Below are positions 1-9,714 of a DNA stretch of 64,000 nt, piece after piece. Below the pieces are notes generated by a model. The model saw only the letters and a program-made list of their open reading frames with translations. It was not told the origin of the DNA and did no database searches. Source of the DNA: Escherichia coli (GTDB lineage: Bacteria; Pseudomonadota; Gammaproteobacteria; Enterobacterales; Enterobacteriaceae); assembly GCF_965641715.1 (NCBI RefSeq), contig NZ_OZ282453.1, one strand, 5' to 3'. Made by a program: the position numbers and the translations under genes. The first letter of the stretch is position 1, and each line of letters begins with the position of its first letter.

Positions 1-163
1 AGCCGAGATCATCCGCAGCATAGCCCAGTCGGGCACGCTCACGCGCTTCCCCCTTAAGGCGGGACAGAGCCAGTTCGCGCTTGCTGTTATTCAGTGCGGT
101 CTGCTGTTTATCATCCAGGGTTGCCTGTGGTAGCCGTAACGGTACATTCACCAGCCCCTGTCG

Positions 164-1990
164 CTATTGAAGTAATTCATTACCAAGCCCAAGAAGGCGA
201 TTAAACTCGGTATGCTGCCCATTCATGATCAACAGGGACTGATACGCTTTGTTTTGTTCCGCCGCCTGTTGACGGATCAACGCCACCCGTCGCTCCTCCA
301 GCCCGGCAAGCACATCCTGAATGGATTGCGCTTTACCCTGCATTTGAGTGAGGCGAGACTGTTCAACTGCCAGTTGATTTGTTGCTTCTGCAAGCCCTTC
401 TGTGACAGTTTTTACCGACGTCATGTGGTTAATCATAAAACCGTTATCGGTTGTCCAGCCCGGATTTGCCAGCACATACTGATAGCCAGCAATTTTTTCC
501 TGTAAGGATTTAATCTTACTTTTCTGCTCGTCAATTAACCTGTTCTGCTCCTTCAGTGCCTGTCGCGTCTTTTCCTCATTATCTGACGCTTCAGGAAGCG
601 ACATTGCCGACGTTTTCTGGCGAATTTCGTCGATTGTTGCGGCATACTGGCGTGCAGATTCTCTGGCCTGCTCCTGATTCTGATACATCGTGTACCAGGC
701 CGCAGCCCCCAGCATGACGAGTCCCGGCACACCACCAACCAGCCCCAGCGCGCCACTTAATAAACGACTCCCCACTGACGTAACATTATTCAGCGTTGTC
801 TGTGCCGCTGTTCTGGCCGCAATATTACGGGTAAGTGACGCCTGGGCAGCTGTCAGCTTCGCTTCTGCTGCGGCCTGCCTTTCGGTACCGCGAGCAGCAA
901 CAACCGCCTGTTGCGCACGATAAACCGCCGCACGCGCCCTGGCGGTTGCTATCTGTGTCCCCCGAAGTTGCACTTCAGCAAGAGCCACTTCGTTTCTGGC
1001 TGCAGTAATTAATCCGGCAGTTGCAGATCCAGCAGACGACGCCATATTGCCAAAATATCGGGCTACCCCGACGGCAACCAGAGCACCGGCAGCGGTTGCC
1101 ACGGTGTCAATATTGCCTGCAATACCATTCAGCACACCGGAGAGCGTCTTCGTCACTCCGCTTGCCTCGTTCGCACCACCGACCCAGGCCATAAAGGCGT
1201 TTTCAACTTTGGTTGCAGAGGATGAAACCGTATCAGGCATTGCCGCATATTCATCACGTAATGCCCCAAGCTGACTAATCAGTGCAGGAACAACCTTATC
1301 GGCGGTCAACTTTCCGTTATCCGCCATGGCCTTCAGATCCTTACGGGCAACCCCCATTCCCGCAGCCAGCGCACGAATAACACGATCGCCGTTCTCATTC
1401 ACCGAGTTAAACTCTTCACCGCGCAGCACTCCCTGCGCCAGTGCCTGACTGAACTGCGTGATCACCGAACTGGCTTCTGCTGTACTGGCACCGGATAATT
1501 TCAGGCCCGTGGAGATCGCCTCGGTGACTTTCAGTACCTCCTCAGAACTGTAACCATACTCCCGCATGGAAGCTGCAGAACGGGCAAAAAGGCTGGCGTT
1601 ATCAGAAAACGCCGTCCCCGTTCTCTGGCTGATCGCCATTAATTCACGCTGTGATGCCTGAAAATCATCACTGGACTGTGAGGCCTGCTTCAGACGGGCA
1701 TTTACTGAATTCCACTCATCGGCGAGAGAAATAAGATGACCGGTAGCAAAAGCCCCGGCAAATGCCCCCGCCATATTCAGTGCCGAAGATTTAGCTGTAT
1801 TTATCTGATCCGTCACTTCTGCCAGTGCACGCCGCATTTCACGGGATGCAGCAGCGGACTGCCGGCCCCCGTTCTGCATGGTACGGTAGTAATCCTGCCC
1901 CATACGCGAAGCCCGGGAGATCTCTGACTGGAATGACCGGGAATTTGCCGAGATTTTAATAATCAGTTCACGTAGTGTCGCCACACTCAT
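164..1990 (-). CDS. Tail tape measure protein
   Basis: Long Ala/Gln-rich protein directly downstream of G/T chaperone pair; internal ATG (MSVATLREL) preceded by GGAG; ORF track extends to 2110. Confidence 0.7.
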   Translation of the reverse strand: MSVATLRELIIKISANSRSFQSEISRASRMGQDYYRTMQNGGRQSAAASREMRRALAEVTDQINTAKSSALNMAGAFAGAFATGHLISLADEWNSVNARLKQASQSSDDFQASQRELMAISQRTGTAFSDNASLFARSAASMREYGYSSEEVLKVTEAISTGLKLSGASTAEASSVITQFSQALAQGVLRGEEFNSVNENGDRVIRALAAGMGVARKDLKAMADNGKLTADKVVPALISQLGALRDEYAAMPDTVSSSATKVENAFMAWVGGANEASGVTKTLSGVLNGIAGNIDTVATAAGALVAVGVARYFGNMASSAGSATAGLITAARNEVALAEVQLRGTQIATARARAAVYRAQQAVVAARGTERQAAAEAKLTAAQASLTRNIAARTAAQTTLNNVTSVGSRLLSGALGLVGGVPGLVMLGAAAWYTMYQNQEQARESARQYAATIDEIRQKTSAMSLPEASDNEEKTRQALKEQNRLIDEQKSKIKSLQEKIAGYQYVLANPGWTTDNGFMINHMTSVKTVTEGLAEATNQLAVEQSRLTQMQGKAQSIQDVLAGLEERRVALIRQQAAEQNKAYQSLLIMNGQHTEFNRLLGLGNELLQ

Positions 1991-2031
1991 TCTCCGGACG
2001 AAAAAAAAACCGCCGAAGCGGTTATATTGAC

Positions 2032-2322
2032 TCACTGAGACACTATTAAAAGCGCGTTTTCCAGTCCGGCAAATGGATCTGATACGCCTTCTGTCTGCTC
2101 TTGTCCCCACTGAAGAAGCGCATCATTCAGTGGTACTTTGACACCCTGTGCACCGTAAACCGCAGAAACTATCTGGGCAGCCCGGATATCAGCCCGCTCG
2201 TCACCCAGCGGGCTGAACCTGTCAAATTCTGCCCACATCATGATTTCTGATGCGGACATTTCCCTGCGTAACTCTGACAATGTGCGCCCCATCCTGAGCG
2301 CCAGCATCATCAGAAAACGCAT
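2032..2322 (-). CDS. Tail assembly chaperone, T-frame segment (made as G-T fusion by -1 frameshift)
   Basis: ORF in -1 frame relative to upstream G-like ORF, immediately after slippery site. Confidence 0.6.
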   Translation of the reverse strand: MRFLMMLALRMGRTLSELRREMSASEIMMWAEFDRFSPLGDERADIRAAQIVSAVYGAQGVKVPLNDALLQWGQEQTEGVSDPFAGLENALLIVSQ

Positions 2323-2333
2323 CCCCGGAAGCG

Positions 2334-2720
2334 CTACTTTTTTTTAACCTCGCCGGCATCACTGATCAGTTCCAGAGACTGCCGAAGAAGCCGCGCATGC
2401 ACCGGGCCATACACGGCAATCACCTGTTCACGATCATCCTCTGAAAATACAGGTTGCAGTCCGGTATCACACAGAACATCAATGAACAGTTCAACATCTG
2501 CCTCCAGATTTCGGCGGGCGCGCTCCGCTACGGATAACGGTGTCTCATCATCTTTTGCTTTAACGATCTCCTGCCAGCGCAACCAGGCTTCTGCAGAAGG
2601 TTCCCGTAACACAACCGTTGCTCCCTCCCATTCAGGCACATCAACGGTTTTATGGCGAAACCCCGACATCGTTGCCAGTGCCAGATTACGGATATTTTTA
2701 GTCATCACATCTATCCTCAT
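2334..2720 (-). CDS. Tail assembly chaperone, G-like
   Basis: Position between major tail and tape measure genes; ends ..GEVKKK-stop on A AAA AAG. Confidence 0.6.
   Translation of the reverse strand: MRIDVMTKNIRNLALATMSGFRHKTVDVPEWEGATVVLREPSAEAWLRWQEIVKAKDDETPLSVAERARRNLEADVELFIDVLCDTGLQPVFSEDDREQVIAVYGPVHARLLRQSLELISDAGEVKKK
2337..2345 (-). promoter_or_regulatory. Programmed -1 ribosomal frameshift site (A AAA AAG)
   Basis: mRNA reads gtt aaa aaa aag tag; -1 frame continues VALPGMRFLMM.. into the T ORF. Confidence 0.6.
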
Positions 2721-3424
2721 TAACTGACGGTAACAGTGCAGGAAGTGGAGGTCACCTTGTTAACAGGGCTTGCTGAATCAGAAATCTCGCAGGTATATGC
2801 ACCCGCATCACCGGATACTGCGGATGCCTTACTGAACGTTGCCGCCGTCTGTCCGGAAACAGGAGAACCACCTTTTTTCCAGGCATAAGAATAAGGCGGC
2901 ACACCACCCGCAGCCTCAACCGCCATTTCAAGTTTCGCTCCGGCAGAAATCTGCAGCGTGCTGTTTAAATCGACCTTCACTTTTAGCGGCTCTGTCGTCA
3001 GCACAGGTTTACCTTTCAGACGCAGGGAAAACGTTGCAGCCACAACACCATTGGTTCCTGCAGACCAAGTATGCTGACGCACCTCTGCCATAAAGGTAAA
3101 TCCGTTGCCTGACGGAAAAATAACTTTAAAGCCATACGTGGTGTCATTGTCATAGGCACTACGCAACGCGTTCTGGGCAGCATTGAGGTAAAAGTTGCCT
3201 GACATGGAAATCTCTGACGCGGCACCAAGACCGTTAATATTTTCCTGCTCAACAGAACACAGCGTGGTGACATCAATATCCTGCTTTTGTCCTGCGGTAA
3301 ACTGCACTTCTTTGATTGTACAGCTCAGCCCAAGAAAGCTGGCAGAATCCAGGGTTTCTGCTGTTACCGGTGCAGACGAAATCATAATTTTCGTCAGTTG
3401 CGAACGCTCAAAATTAGAGGACAT
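2720..3424 (-). CDS. Major tail protein with C-terminal Ig-like domain
   Basis: Lambda gpV-like position upstream of G/T; C-terminal Big_2-like segment (..VPPYSYAWKKGG..YTCEISD..). Confidence 0.7.
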   Translation of the reverse strand: MSSNFERSQLTKIMISSAPVTAETLDSASFLGLSCTIKEVQFTAGQKQDIDVTTLCSVEQENINGLGAASEISMSGNFYLNAAQNALRSAYDNDTTYGFKVIFPSGNGFTFMAEVRQHTWSAGTNGVVAATFSLRLKGKPVLTTEPLKVKVDLNSTLQISAGAKLEMAVEAAGGVPPYSYAWKKGGSPVSGQTAATFSKASAVSGDAGAYTCEISDSASPVNKVTSTSCTVTVS

Positions 3425-3485
3425 ACTCGTCTCCTGAAAATAAAAAAGCCCGCCAGCGGCGGGGGGGGTAAAATCATTAACGACC

Positions 3486-3830
3486 TCAGGCTATTACCTG
3501 AAATTCAAGCGTGGCTCTGCTCAGACGGGAATCAGGATCATAACCCTGCGTTTTAGAAATAACGGAGGGTGCCAGTTGCCTTACCGCATCAAGTGCCTGC
3601 TCACGGATATCATCTGCGTCATCAGGTACTGTTGCCCAGACATCGATCTGCACGGTAATTCTGGATTCAGCCTGACCATCAAGCACATCAGACGCAGTGT
3701 CAGAGACCACAGAAAATACCAGCCATGGCGGAGATACCGCAGGCTTTCCCTCCGTCAGCGGGACCACATAAGGATAAACCTGTCCTCCGGCCAGTTTAGA
3801 CAGCAGGGAATACAGTGTGGTCTCTCTCAT
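3486..3830 (-). CDS. Tail terminator/completion-like protein
   Basis: 114 aa ORF between head-tail joining genes and major tail gene. Confidence 0.4.
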   Translation of the reverse strand: MRETTLYSLLSKLAGGQVYPYVVPLTEGKPAVSPPWLVFSVVSDTASDVLDGQAESRITVQIDVWATVPDDADDIREQALDAVRQLAPSVISKTQGYDPDSRLSRATLEFQVIA

Positions 3831-4276
3831 TTGCTTAAGACCTCATCAATAGCCTGATTCATTCGCTGTATGGCAACCTGCGCCGCCAGTTCTTCTGTCG
3901 TATCAAACGCCGGACGAATGAACGGGTGAGCAGGCATGTTTACCGTTCCCAGTTCGACAAAGCGCCAGTAAAACGCATTTCGGGGATCGCTGGCTTTCAT
4001 GCTGTTATCACTGTTTCCGGTTCGCAGATTTCGTCCACGAATGTGGACACCCGAGATAATTTCCCCCCGACGTTTTGATCGCTGAGTGAGAACAACCACA
4101 TTTTTCTTCAGTTTTCCGGTTCGCTCCGGCGCTCGCTCAACAACCGCATCCCGCATAGCTTCAGCACCGGCACGGGTGGCATCGCGCAGTACCTTATTGT
4201 TTTCTGCCCTGCTGAGCGTCTCCAGATCCCGTGCAATATCCGCCAGACCTGAAAAATCAAGACTGAAATCCATCAC
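3827..4276 (-). CDS. HK97 gp10-like tail component
   Basis: Position and family-like sequence (..GKLKKNVVV..AHPFIRPAFD..). Confidence 0.5.
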   Translation of the reverse strand: MMDFSLDFSGLADIARDLETLSRAENNKVLRDATRAGAEAMRDAVVERAPERTGKLKKNVVVLTQRSKRRGEIISGVHIRGRNLRTGNSDNSMKASDPRNAFYWRFVELGTVNMPAHPFIRPAFDTTEELAAQVAIQRMNQAIDEVLSK

Positions 4277-4611
4277 ACATTCCCCTTCTGAGAACAGAGT
4301 ATCTCAAGCCGGGTAGCACGAGCATCCGGTATCGGCGGACCGTCTATACTCAGAATCGCGCCTTTGAATGCACCAGTCAGCACTTTCAGACATGAAGTTG
4401 CTGTCACATCTCGCCGGAATCTCATCCAGACCCTCACTGTAGCCTGAGCAGTTTCTGCACCTCCGGATATTCTCTCCCTGCCACTGATCCCCTTAACTTC
4501 TGCCCATATGGTTGCCCCCTCCGTCATTGTTTCCACAGGGTGCCCTGACGGAGACCGAACGGTGGTGGCATTCAGAATAACCACACGATCACGTAATCTT
4601 CCTGCCTGCAT
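4273..4611 (-). CDS. Head-tail adaptor / head closure protein
   Basis: 112 aa, overlapping stop/start with neighbours, downstream of connector. Confidence 0.5.
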   Translation of the reverse strand: MQAGRLRDRVVILNATTVRSPSGHPVETMTEGATIWAEVKGISGRERISGGAETAQATVRVWMRFRRDVTATSCLKVLTGAFKGAILSIDGPPIPDARATRLEILCSQKGNV

Positions 4612-4619
4612 GAATCCCC

Positions 4620-4925
4620 CTATGTTCCGGGATGAAACCGATACATCCGCAGTCCGGTGTAGAAAAAATCAGGCACTGCATCCTGCATTTCCCTGTTCTC
4701 GTACCAGTAGCCAACCAGTTGCATAAGACGCAGCTTTATCAGCGGTGTTATTACAAGCCCGGTCGTATCCTGCTCAGAAACAGTTTCATCGTAAAGCGTC
4801 CGGTTTAAAAACTTTTCAGCCTCTTCCCTGGCAGCAGCCAGATACATCATAAGAAGAGCATTCTCCTGTTCATTGTCATCATCAATCCGGCACTGAACAC
4901 GAAGCTCTTCCAGAGTGGGCATCAT
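4620..4925 (-). CDS. gp6-like head-tail connector protein
   Basis: N-terminal TLEELRVQCRIDDD motif typical of gp6-like connectors. Confidence 0.6.
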   Translation of the reverse strand: MMPTLEELRVQCRIDDDNEQENALLMMYLAAAREEAEKFLNRTLYDETVSEQDTTGLVITPLIKLRLMQLVGYWYENREMQDAVPDFFYTGLRMYRFHPGT

Positions 4926-4936
4926 TTGGGCAACCT

Positions 4937-5125
4937 CTATGAATGCTGTTTTTTAGACTTATCAGCCCCCCGCGCAACAGGTGTTCTCTTATCAGAGACA
5001 ATCCCAGCTGCAGTGGCAATTTCGCGTACCCGTTCGGGTAATTCTTTATCTTCATACTCACCGGCCCGAATAACCTCAACACGCATACCGTCCGGTGACC
5101 ATTTCAGATCTTGTTTCAGGATCAT
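4937..5125 (-). CDS. Small hypothetical protein between capsid and connector genes
   Basis: 62 aa ORF in operon phase; no recognised domain. Confidence 0.3.
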   Translation of the reverse strand: MILKQDLKWSPDGMRVEVIRAGEYEDKELPERVREIATAAGIVSDKRTPVARGADKSKKQHS

Positions 5126-5175
5126 GATTCTTTCACCTGTCAGAACAGGGGCGCACTTCTGCGCCCCCTGAATGA

Positions 5176-6381
5176 TTACGCCGCTGCAATCTTCAGCAGT
5201 TTAATGGCCTGCGAATCGACCAGCATGCCGCCGGTGCGCTTGGTGGTATAAAAACCGACAAACGGTTTATTGGTGTACGGGTCACGCAGAATGCGGGTGC
5301 CGATACGGTCAACGATGGTGTAACCCCGTTTGAAGTTACCAAATGCAATGGCTTTCGCATCAGCGGCGATATCCGGCATCTGTTCGTTTTCAGCGATACC
5401 GTAACCCGCCAGAGAGGACGGCTGCCCCAGCTCCAGCCCCGGACGCCACAGATAGTTACCCTCGCTGTCTTTCAGCAGACGGATGGCAAACAGGCTGTTG
5501 TTGTTCATCATGAACTTCGCGCCAGTGCGGTGTGCCTTACGCAGCGTGTAAATCAGTTTGATAATGGCGTCTGCGGTCACCGTCGTCGCTTCGCCGGATA
5601 CAATATGCTGAAGTTTGCCGAACGCCCGGACCTTATCGGTTTCATCGGTGGATTCATACGCCAGGAACCCTTTTGGCTTCTTGGTACCATCGCCGGAGGT
5701 AAAGGCAATTTCTTCCTGTTCGGCAAATTCGGTTGCCAGCTCGCTGTTGATCCAGGCCTCCACGTTGAAGAAAGCATCATCCAGCATTTTCTGGGTGGCC
5801 TGCGGGTTACCGTAGATTTCCCCCATGAAAGGTTCAATCAGTCCCAGTTTTGAGGTGGCAGTCTGGGAGCGCGCGTCAGTCTCGCCCACCCACCCGGAAG
5901 CCGTGCCGCCCAGATTCACCAGTTTTTTGTAGTCGGAACCGCCAACGGTGATCACCGTGGCTTCCTGGCGCATCACCACTTCATCTTTCAGCAGGGTGAG
6001 AATGTTGCGATCCAGTGCTTCCGGCACGGCATAGCCGCCGTCTTCATCGGTGCCCACCTGTAATGCCTTGCGCTCCAGATCGCGCAGACCATCTTCACGG
6101 CCTTTACGCAGGAAGCCCACAAACGCTTCTTTATGCTCGGTGGCCAGTTTATTTTGCGCACCACCTGCCGGACGTTTCAGCTCAAGCAGCTCTTTTTCAA
6201 GATCGCTTTTGAGATTTTCCAGCTCGCTGAGTTTCCCGTTCAGGGTTTCCACCTGCCCGGCAAGTTTGCCTTTTTCCTGCTCAATCGCATCCACGCGCTT
6301 GTCGTTCTTTGCTTTGAAGTCGTCAAACTTCTGCTGCAGCTCCTGCGCGACCTGTTCGACATCTTTAATATCTACCGCCAT
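5176..6381 (-). CDS. Major capsid protein (HK97 fold), helper prophage
   Basis: 401 aa with N-terminal coiled delta-like region, follows protease and portal. Confidence 0.85.
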   Translation of the reverse strand: MAVDIKDVEQVAQELQQKFDDFKAKNDKRVDAIEQEKGKLAGQVETLNGKLSELENLKSDLEKELLELKRPAGGAQNKLATEHKEAFVGFLRKGREDGLRDLERKALQVGTDEDGGYAVPEALDRNILTLLKDEVVMRQEATVITVGGSDYKKLVNLGGTASGWVGETDARSQTATSKLGLIEPFMGEIYGNPQATQKMLDDAFFNVEAWINSELATEFAEQEEIAFTSGDGTKKPKGFLAYESTDETDKVRAFGKLQHIVSGEATTVTADAIIKLIYTLRKAHRTGAKFMMNNNSLFAIRLLKDSEGNYLWRPGLELGQPSSLAGYGIAENEQMPDIAADAKAIAFGNFKRGYTIVDRIGTRILRDPYTNKPFVGFYTTKRTGGMLVDSQAIKLLKIAAA

Positions 6382-6395
6382 CGTATTTCTCCTGA

Positions 6396-7046
6396 TTAGA
6401 AGTTCAGATTTTTCAGTGCATTCAGTGCAGAGCCCACATCCTCAGCGTCGCGCAGGGACAGTGCGCCATAGCCCCCGGCCATGAATGCTTTGGCCTGGGT
6501 ACGGGAGAGTCCGACATCACGCAGGACTCTTTCGATTTTTTTCTGTTCGGGGATTTCCCCGCGGGCCAGCGCGTTCTTGACGTCGCTGATCCGCGCCTCG
6601 TCGTTAGACGGAAACGTCACCAGACTGACTTCCCAGAGGTCGATTTCTTTCAGCAGAAAGGCTTCTTTCGTCCGGTCGTATTCCCAGTCCTTCAGGACGT
6701 ACCCAATAGAAAGGCCGGTTAACGAACCGGCCTTCATGTGTGCATGTGCGCGTTTTGCCAGGGGATCATCATCAATGAGCAACCGCCCCCTGACGTAAAG
6801 CCCGACATCGTCTTCCTTCATTTCGGTGTAAACACCGATGGGCTCATCCATGCGGTGCTGCCAGAGCAGCGCAGGCAACGCTTTTCTGTCACTCCACGCC
6901 CGCAGGGAAGCAGCAAATGCCCCGGACATCACCACATCATCGTGACTGTCCTTTACACCAAAGACGGAGCCATATCCTTCAAACTCACCGGAGTCACTGA
7001 CAGATTTCAGACTCAGCGGTACATCAAGACGTTGTTTCGTCTGCAT
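6396..7046 (-). CDS. Prohead protease (HK97 family)
   Basis: ..GYGSVFG.. motif region; ORF track start 7082, internal ATG 7046 reduces overlap with portal. Confidence 0.8.
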   Translation of the reverse strand: MQTKQRLDVPLSLKSVSDSGEFEGYGSVFGVKDSHDDVVMSGAFAASLRAWSDRKALPALLWQHRMDEPIGVYTEMKEDDVGLYVRGRLLIDDDPLAKRAHAHMKAGSLTGLSIGYVLKDWEYDRTKEAFLLKEIDLWEVSLVTFPSNDEARISDVKNALARGEIPEQKKIERVLRDVGLSRTQAKAFMAGGYGALSLRDAEDVGSALNALKNLNF

Positions 7047-8265
7047 TGGCGTTATCCTTCTGCTTACCGGCTTTACTGCCATCGGAGGGTTTCGTGGTCA
7101 TGTTCATCGGTGTGAGATAGACATCACCACCGGGACGCGGATTCATATCTTCCAGGTCACGGCAGTCATTGGGAGAGTAAATTCCCCAGTTAATCCCGGT
7201 GGCGTAGGCTTCAAAACGGGACTTCATATCCCCGCGCAGTAACGCCCCGGCGTTAAATTTGGCGTAATAAACGCCCTGCTTACTTTTTCGTACCAGTCCG
7301 GTGTTGATCCGCTGTTCGATGCGGGTCAGATACGGCACCAGTGAATAGTTGATAAATCCGAGCCCCAGTTCTTCGATATTGTTGAAGGTGGCGCGATCGG
7401 TGTTCTGTACCATGTGCAACGGCACCCGGAACAAACGACAGATTTCTTCAAGCTGAAACTTGCGGGTTTCCAGGAACTGGCTGTCCTCGGCGTTCAGCGC
7501 CATCGACTTCCAGTCCAGCCCCATCTCAAGGATCATCGGGCGGTGAGCATTGCCAAGCCCGGTGTGGCGCTCCTCAAAATCTTTCTTCAGGCGCTCATAA
7601 GCCTGATCCGACAGCGTCTGCTCTGTACGCAATACACCCGACGTCACCGCGCCATTGCTGAACAGTCTGGCCCCGTGCTCTTCGGTCGCTGCCGCCAGCG
7701 ATATTGCCTCGCGGGCATAGGCGATGGGATTCAGTCCCACCAGGCCGTCCAGCGTCAGCGTGCGCACATGCCAGATATCCTCCTGGGTCAGCACATCCGT
7801 GGAGCCGTCCGGGAATGTGACCTGATAGACCGGCTCCCAGCTACTGTTAAGCTTCGGTACCACACAGCCAGGATCGACGGGCAGCAGTTCAGCCACTTCG
7901 CCAAATGCTTTCACTTTGTAGGCGTAAAAGTTCCCCCTCAGGCACAGACAGGTGACCACCAGCTCCCAGAACTCCTGCGGCGTCATATATCCATTGGGAT
8001 GCGTGGAGATCAGCTTATGCAGACGTTCGCCGGTGGCTCTCTGTTTCAGGCTGCCGTTCAGGTGATACAGATTGCAGGGCAACATCCCGACCGACTCTGC
8101 CAGCACCCTGACGCAGGAAAAAACCGCCGTCAGTCGCATGGCCCGCTGGCTGCTGATCTGCTTTCCGGTATAGGTGTCGTATGACAGCCCGATAGCATCT
8201 GCCAGCTCTGCTGGCGTGGTCACCGGCGCGTCACTTTTTCGTTGAAATAATCCCGAAAAGAACAC
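7024..8265 (-). CDS. Portal protein (HK97 family)
   Basis: 413 aa portal-like sequence directly upstream of protease and capsid. Confidence 0.85.
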   Translation of the reverse strand: MFFSGLFQRKSDAPVTTPAELADAIGLSYDTYTGKQISSQRAMRLTAVFSCVRVLAESVGMLPCNLYHLNGSLKQRATGERLHKLISTHPNGYMTPQEFWELVVTCLCLRGNFYAYKVKAFGEVAELLPVDPGCVVPKLNSSWEPVYQVTFPDGSTDVLTQEDIWHVRTLTLDGLVGLNPIAYAREAISLAAATEEHGARLFSNGAVTSGVLRTEQTLSDQAYERLKKDFEERHTGLGNAHRPMILEMGLDWKSMALNAEDSQFLETRKFQLEEICRLFRVPLHMVQNTDRATFNNIEELGLGFINYSLVPYLTRIEQRINTGLVRKSKQGVYYAKFNAGALLRGDMKSRFEAYATGINWGIYSPNDCRDLEDMNPRPGGDVYLTPMNMTTKPSDGSKAGKQKDNANADETTS

Positions 8266-8447
8266 TATTTACCTCCGCCGACAGACGGCTGTGTACGGTC
8301 GAGATATCGCGCCACCAGCCACGACCAGAACAGGCACAGCCCCCCGGCAACAACAAAACCCGCCGGGGGATAAATCAGCCAGGCACCATACGCCAGCAAA
8401 AGCGCACCCAGCACGCCCACCAGTGGTGCGAGAATTATCAGAAACAT
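8265..8447 (-). CDS. Small membrane protein
   Basis: 60 aa, two hydrophobic helices, sits between terL and portal. Confidence 0.35.
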   Translation of the reverse strand: MFLIILAPLVGVLGALLLAYGAWLIYPPAGFVVAGGLCLFWSWLVARYLDRTQPSVGGGK

Positions 8448-8458
8448 AATGACCTCGG

Positions 8459-9184
8459 TTAAAGCGAGCGGATGCCCACGCTGACCAGATGTTCAGACAG
8501 ATCCGGCTCCGGTTCACCACCATTGACCAGCATCCGGCTCATTGCTGTAAACATCGCAACAGGGCCGTCGATTTTGGCTTCCAGCGTGGATTTATTCGGG
8601 AAGATATTGTCGTTTTTGTCCGGTTTTACCGTAACGTTAGACATCATCCAGTTCATGACCGGATGATTGCTGTGATGGAAACGCCCGGCATAGACCAGTG
8701 ATTCCGTTTCCTTCATGGCCTCTGACAGATTGCGAACCGTCTGCGGAACCTCCACCAGCGGTATCCCTTCTTCAGCCAGTGCCAGGCTGAACTGCATCGC
8801 GCTCCACGGGTCAAATCCCAGCTCCCTGAGGTTTTCACCACCAATCCATTCCAGTAAGTCACTTTTTATCTGAGCATGATCGATAACATCACCATCCGTC
8901 AGAATCAGCTTATCCATCTCCGCCCACTTCCGGTAAAGTTCTGCCTGCTGCCGCGAGCATCGTTCCAGCCGTCCTTCCGGAAGCCAGAATTTAAAATCGG
9001 CATGAACATGCCCGTTATCCGTTCGCCAGAGTTTTGCCGCCGCACAGATATCAATCTTATGAGCAAGGTCAACGCCGACCCACATGGGATACGTTTTCAG
9101 CTCATGTCGTGGGGCAATGTATTCGCACTTCTCCCACTTAATCATGTCCATCCAGGCAGACTCTGCTGTTACCCACACATTCAT
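8459..9184 (-). pseudogene. Terminase large subunit, C-terminal nuclease fragment (gene split by satellite)
   Basis: Aligns to C-terminal half of intact TerL 9715..11376; upstream in-frame sequence runs into the satellite junction. Confidence 0.8.
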
Positions 9185-9188
9185 GTGT

Positions 9189-9202
9189 TTTGTGAGAATA
9201 TT
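9189..9202. repeat. Satellite junction core, left copy (tttgtgagaatatt)
   Basis: First 7 bp identical to 24246..24252, 11/14 over 14 bp; same codon phase in terL. Confidence 0.55.
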
Positions 9203-9270
9203 TCAAGTTTTTTAAAATCACCTGTATATCAATCATTTAAAATGAAAAAACAGTCTTTATAAATCATCGA

Positions 9271-9291
9271 GCAATACACAGCGCAATACAC
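9271..9291. repeat. Tandem GCAATACAC motifs, candidate integrase arm-type sites (left arm)
   Basis: gcaatacacagcgcaatacac; near-identical copy at 24095..24115 beside int. Confidence 0.4.
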
Positions 9292-9480
9292 GTATCTGTA
9301 TTGTTTTAATGCTGATACACACCGTTTTTTGATACAGTGATTCGACCTACCATCGCGAAGCATTTTTTATTTCTTGTGTGTAACAATCTGACGAGGTGAG
9401 CACTCAAAGAGATAAGAGGCAGTAGAAATTTCGATCCCCCCCCTGAATGCAATTTTTCGTATATATATATACAAAACAGT

Positions 9481-9632
9481 GCGGGTTATGCGGGTTAGCG
9501 GGTTATCTTCGCGTGCTAAGTATTTTTTACTCTTTAATATCAATACGTTAAAAAACAACGTATCTAAATATCAGCCAGAATGTAACCCGCAAGACATTCA
9601 AAATAACCCGCAAACACCACTCAAATAACCCG
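9481..9632. repeat. Iteron cluster (3 direct GCGGGTTAT + 3 inverted copies around AT-rich spacer)
   Basis: Same 9-mer family as the cluster next to the primase gene. Confidence 0.55.
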
Positions 9633-9714
9633 CAAAAACATCCCTGAAAGTGGGTGCCGATAATACTGAAAATTTATTCCATTAAATGAGCATTGTCCTC
9701 TCTCATCCATTCCG

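Noticed and set aside
9459-9632. Possible CRISPR array
   Set aside because: The repeats are 9-bp iterons in direct and inverted orientation with irregular AT-rich spacing and no cas genes; the same motif recurs beside the primase gene. Origin-type iterons, not CRISPR repeats.
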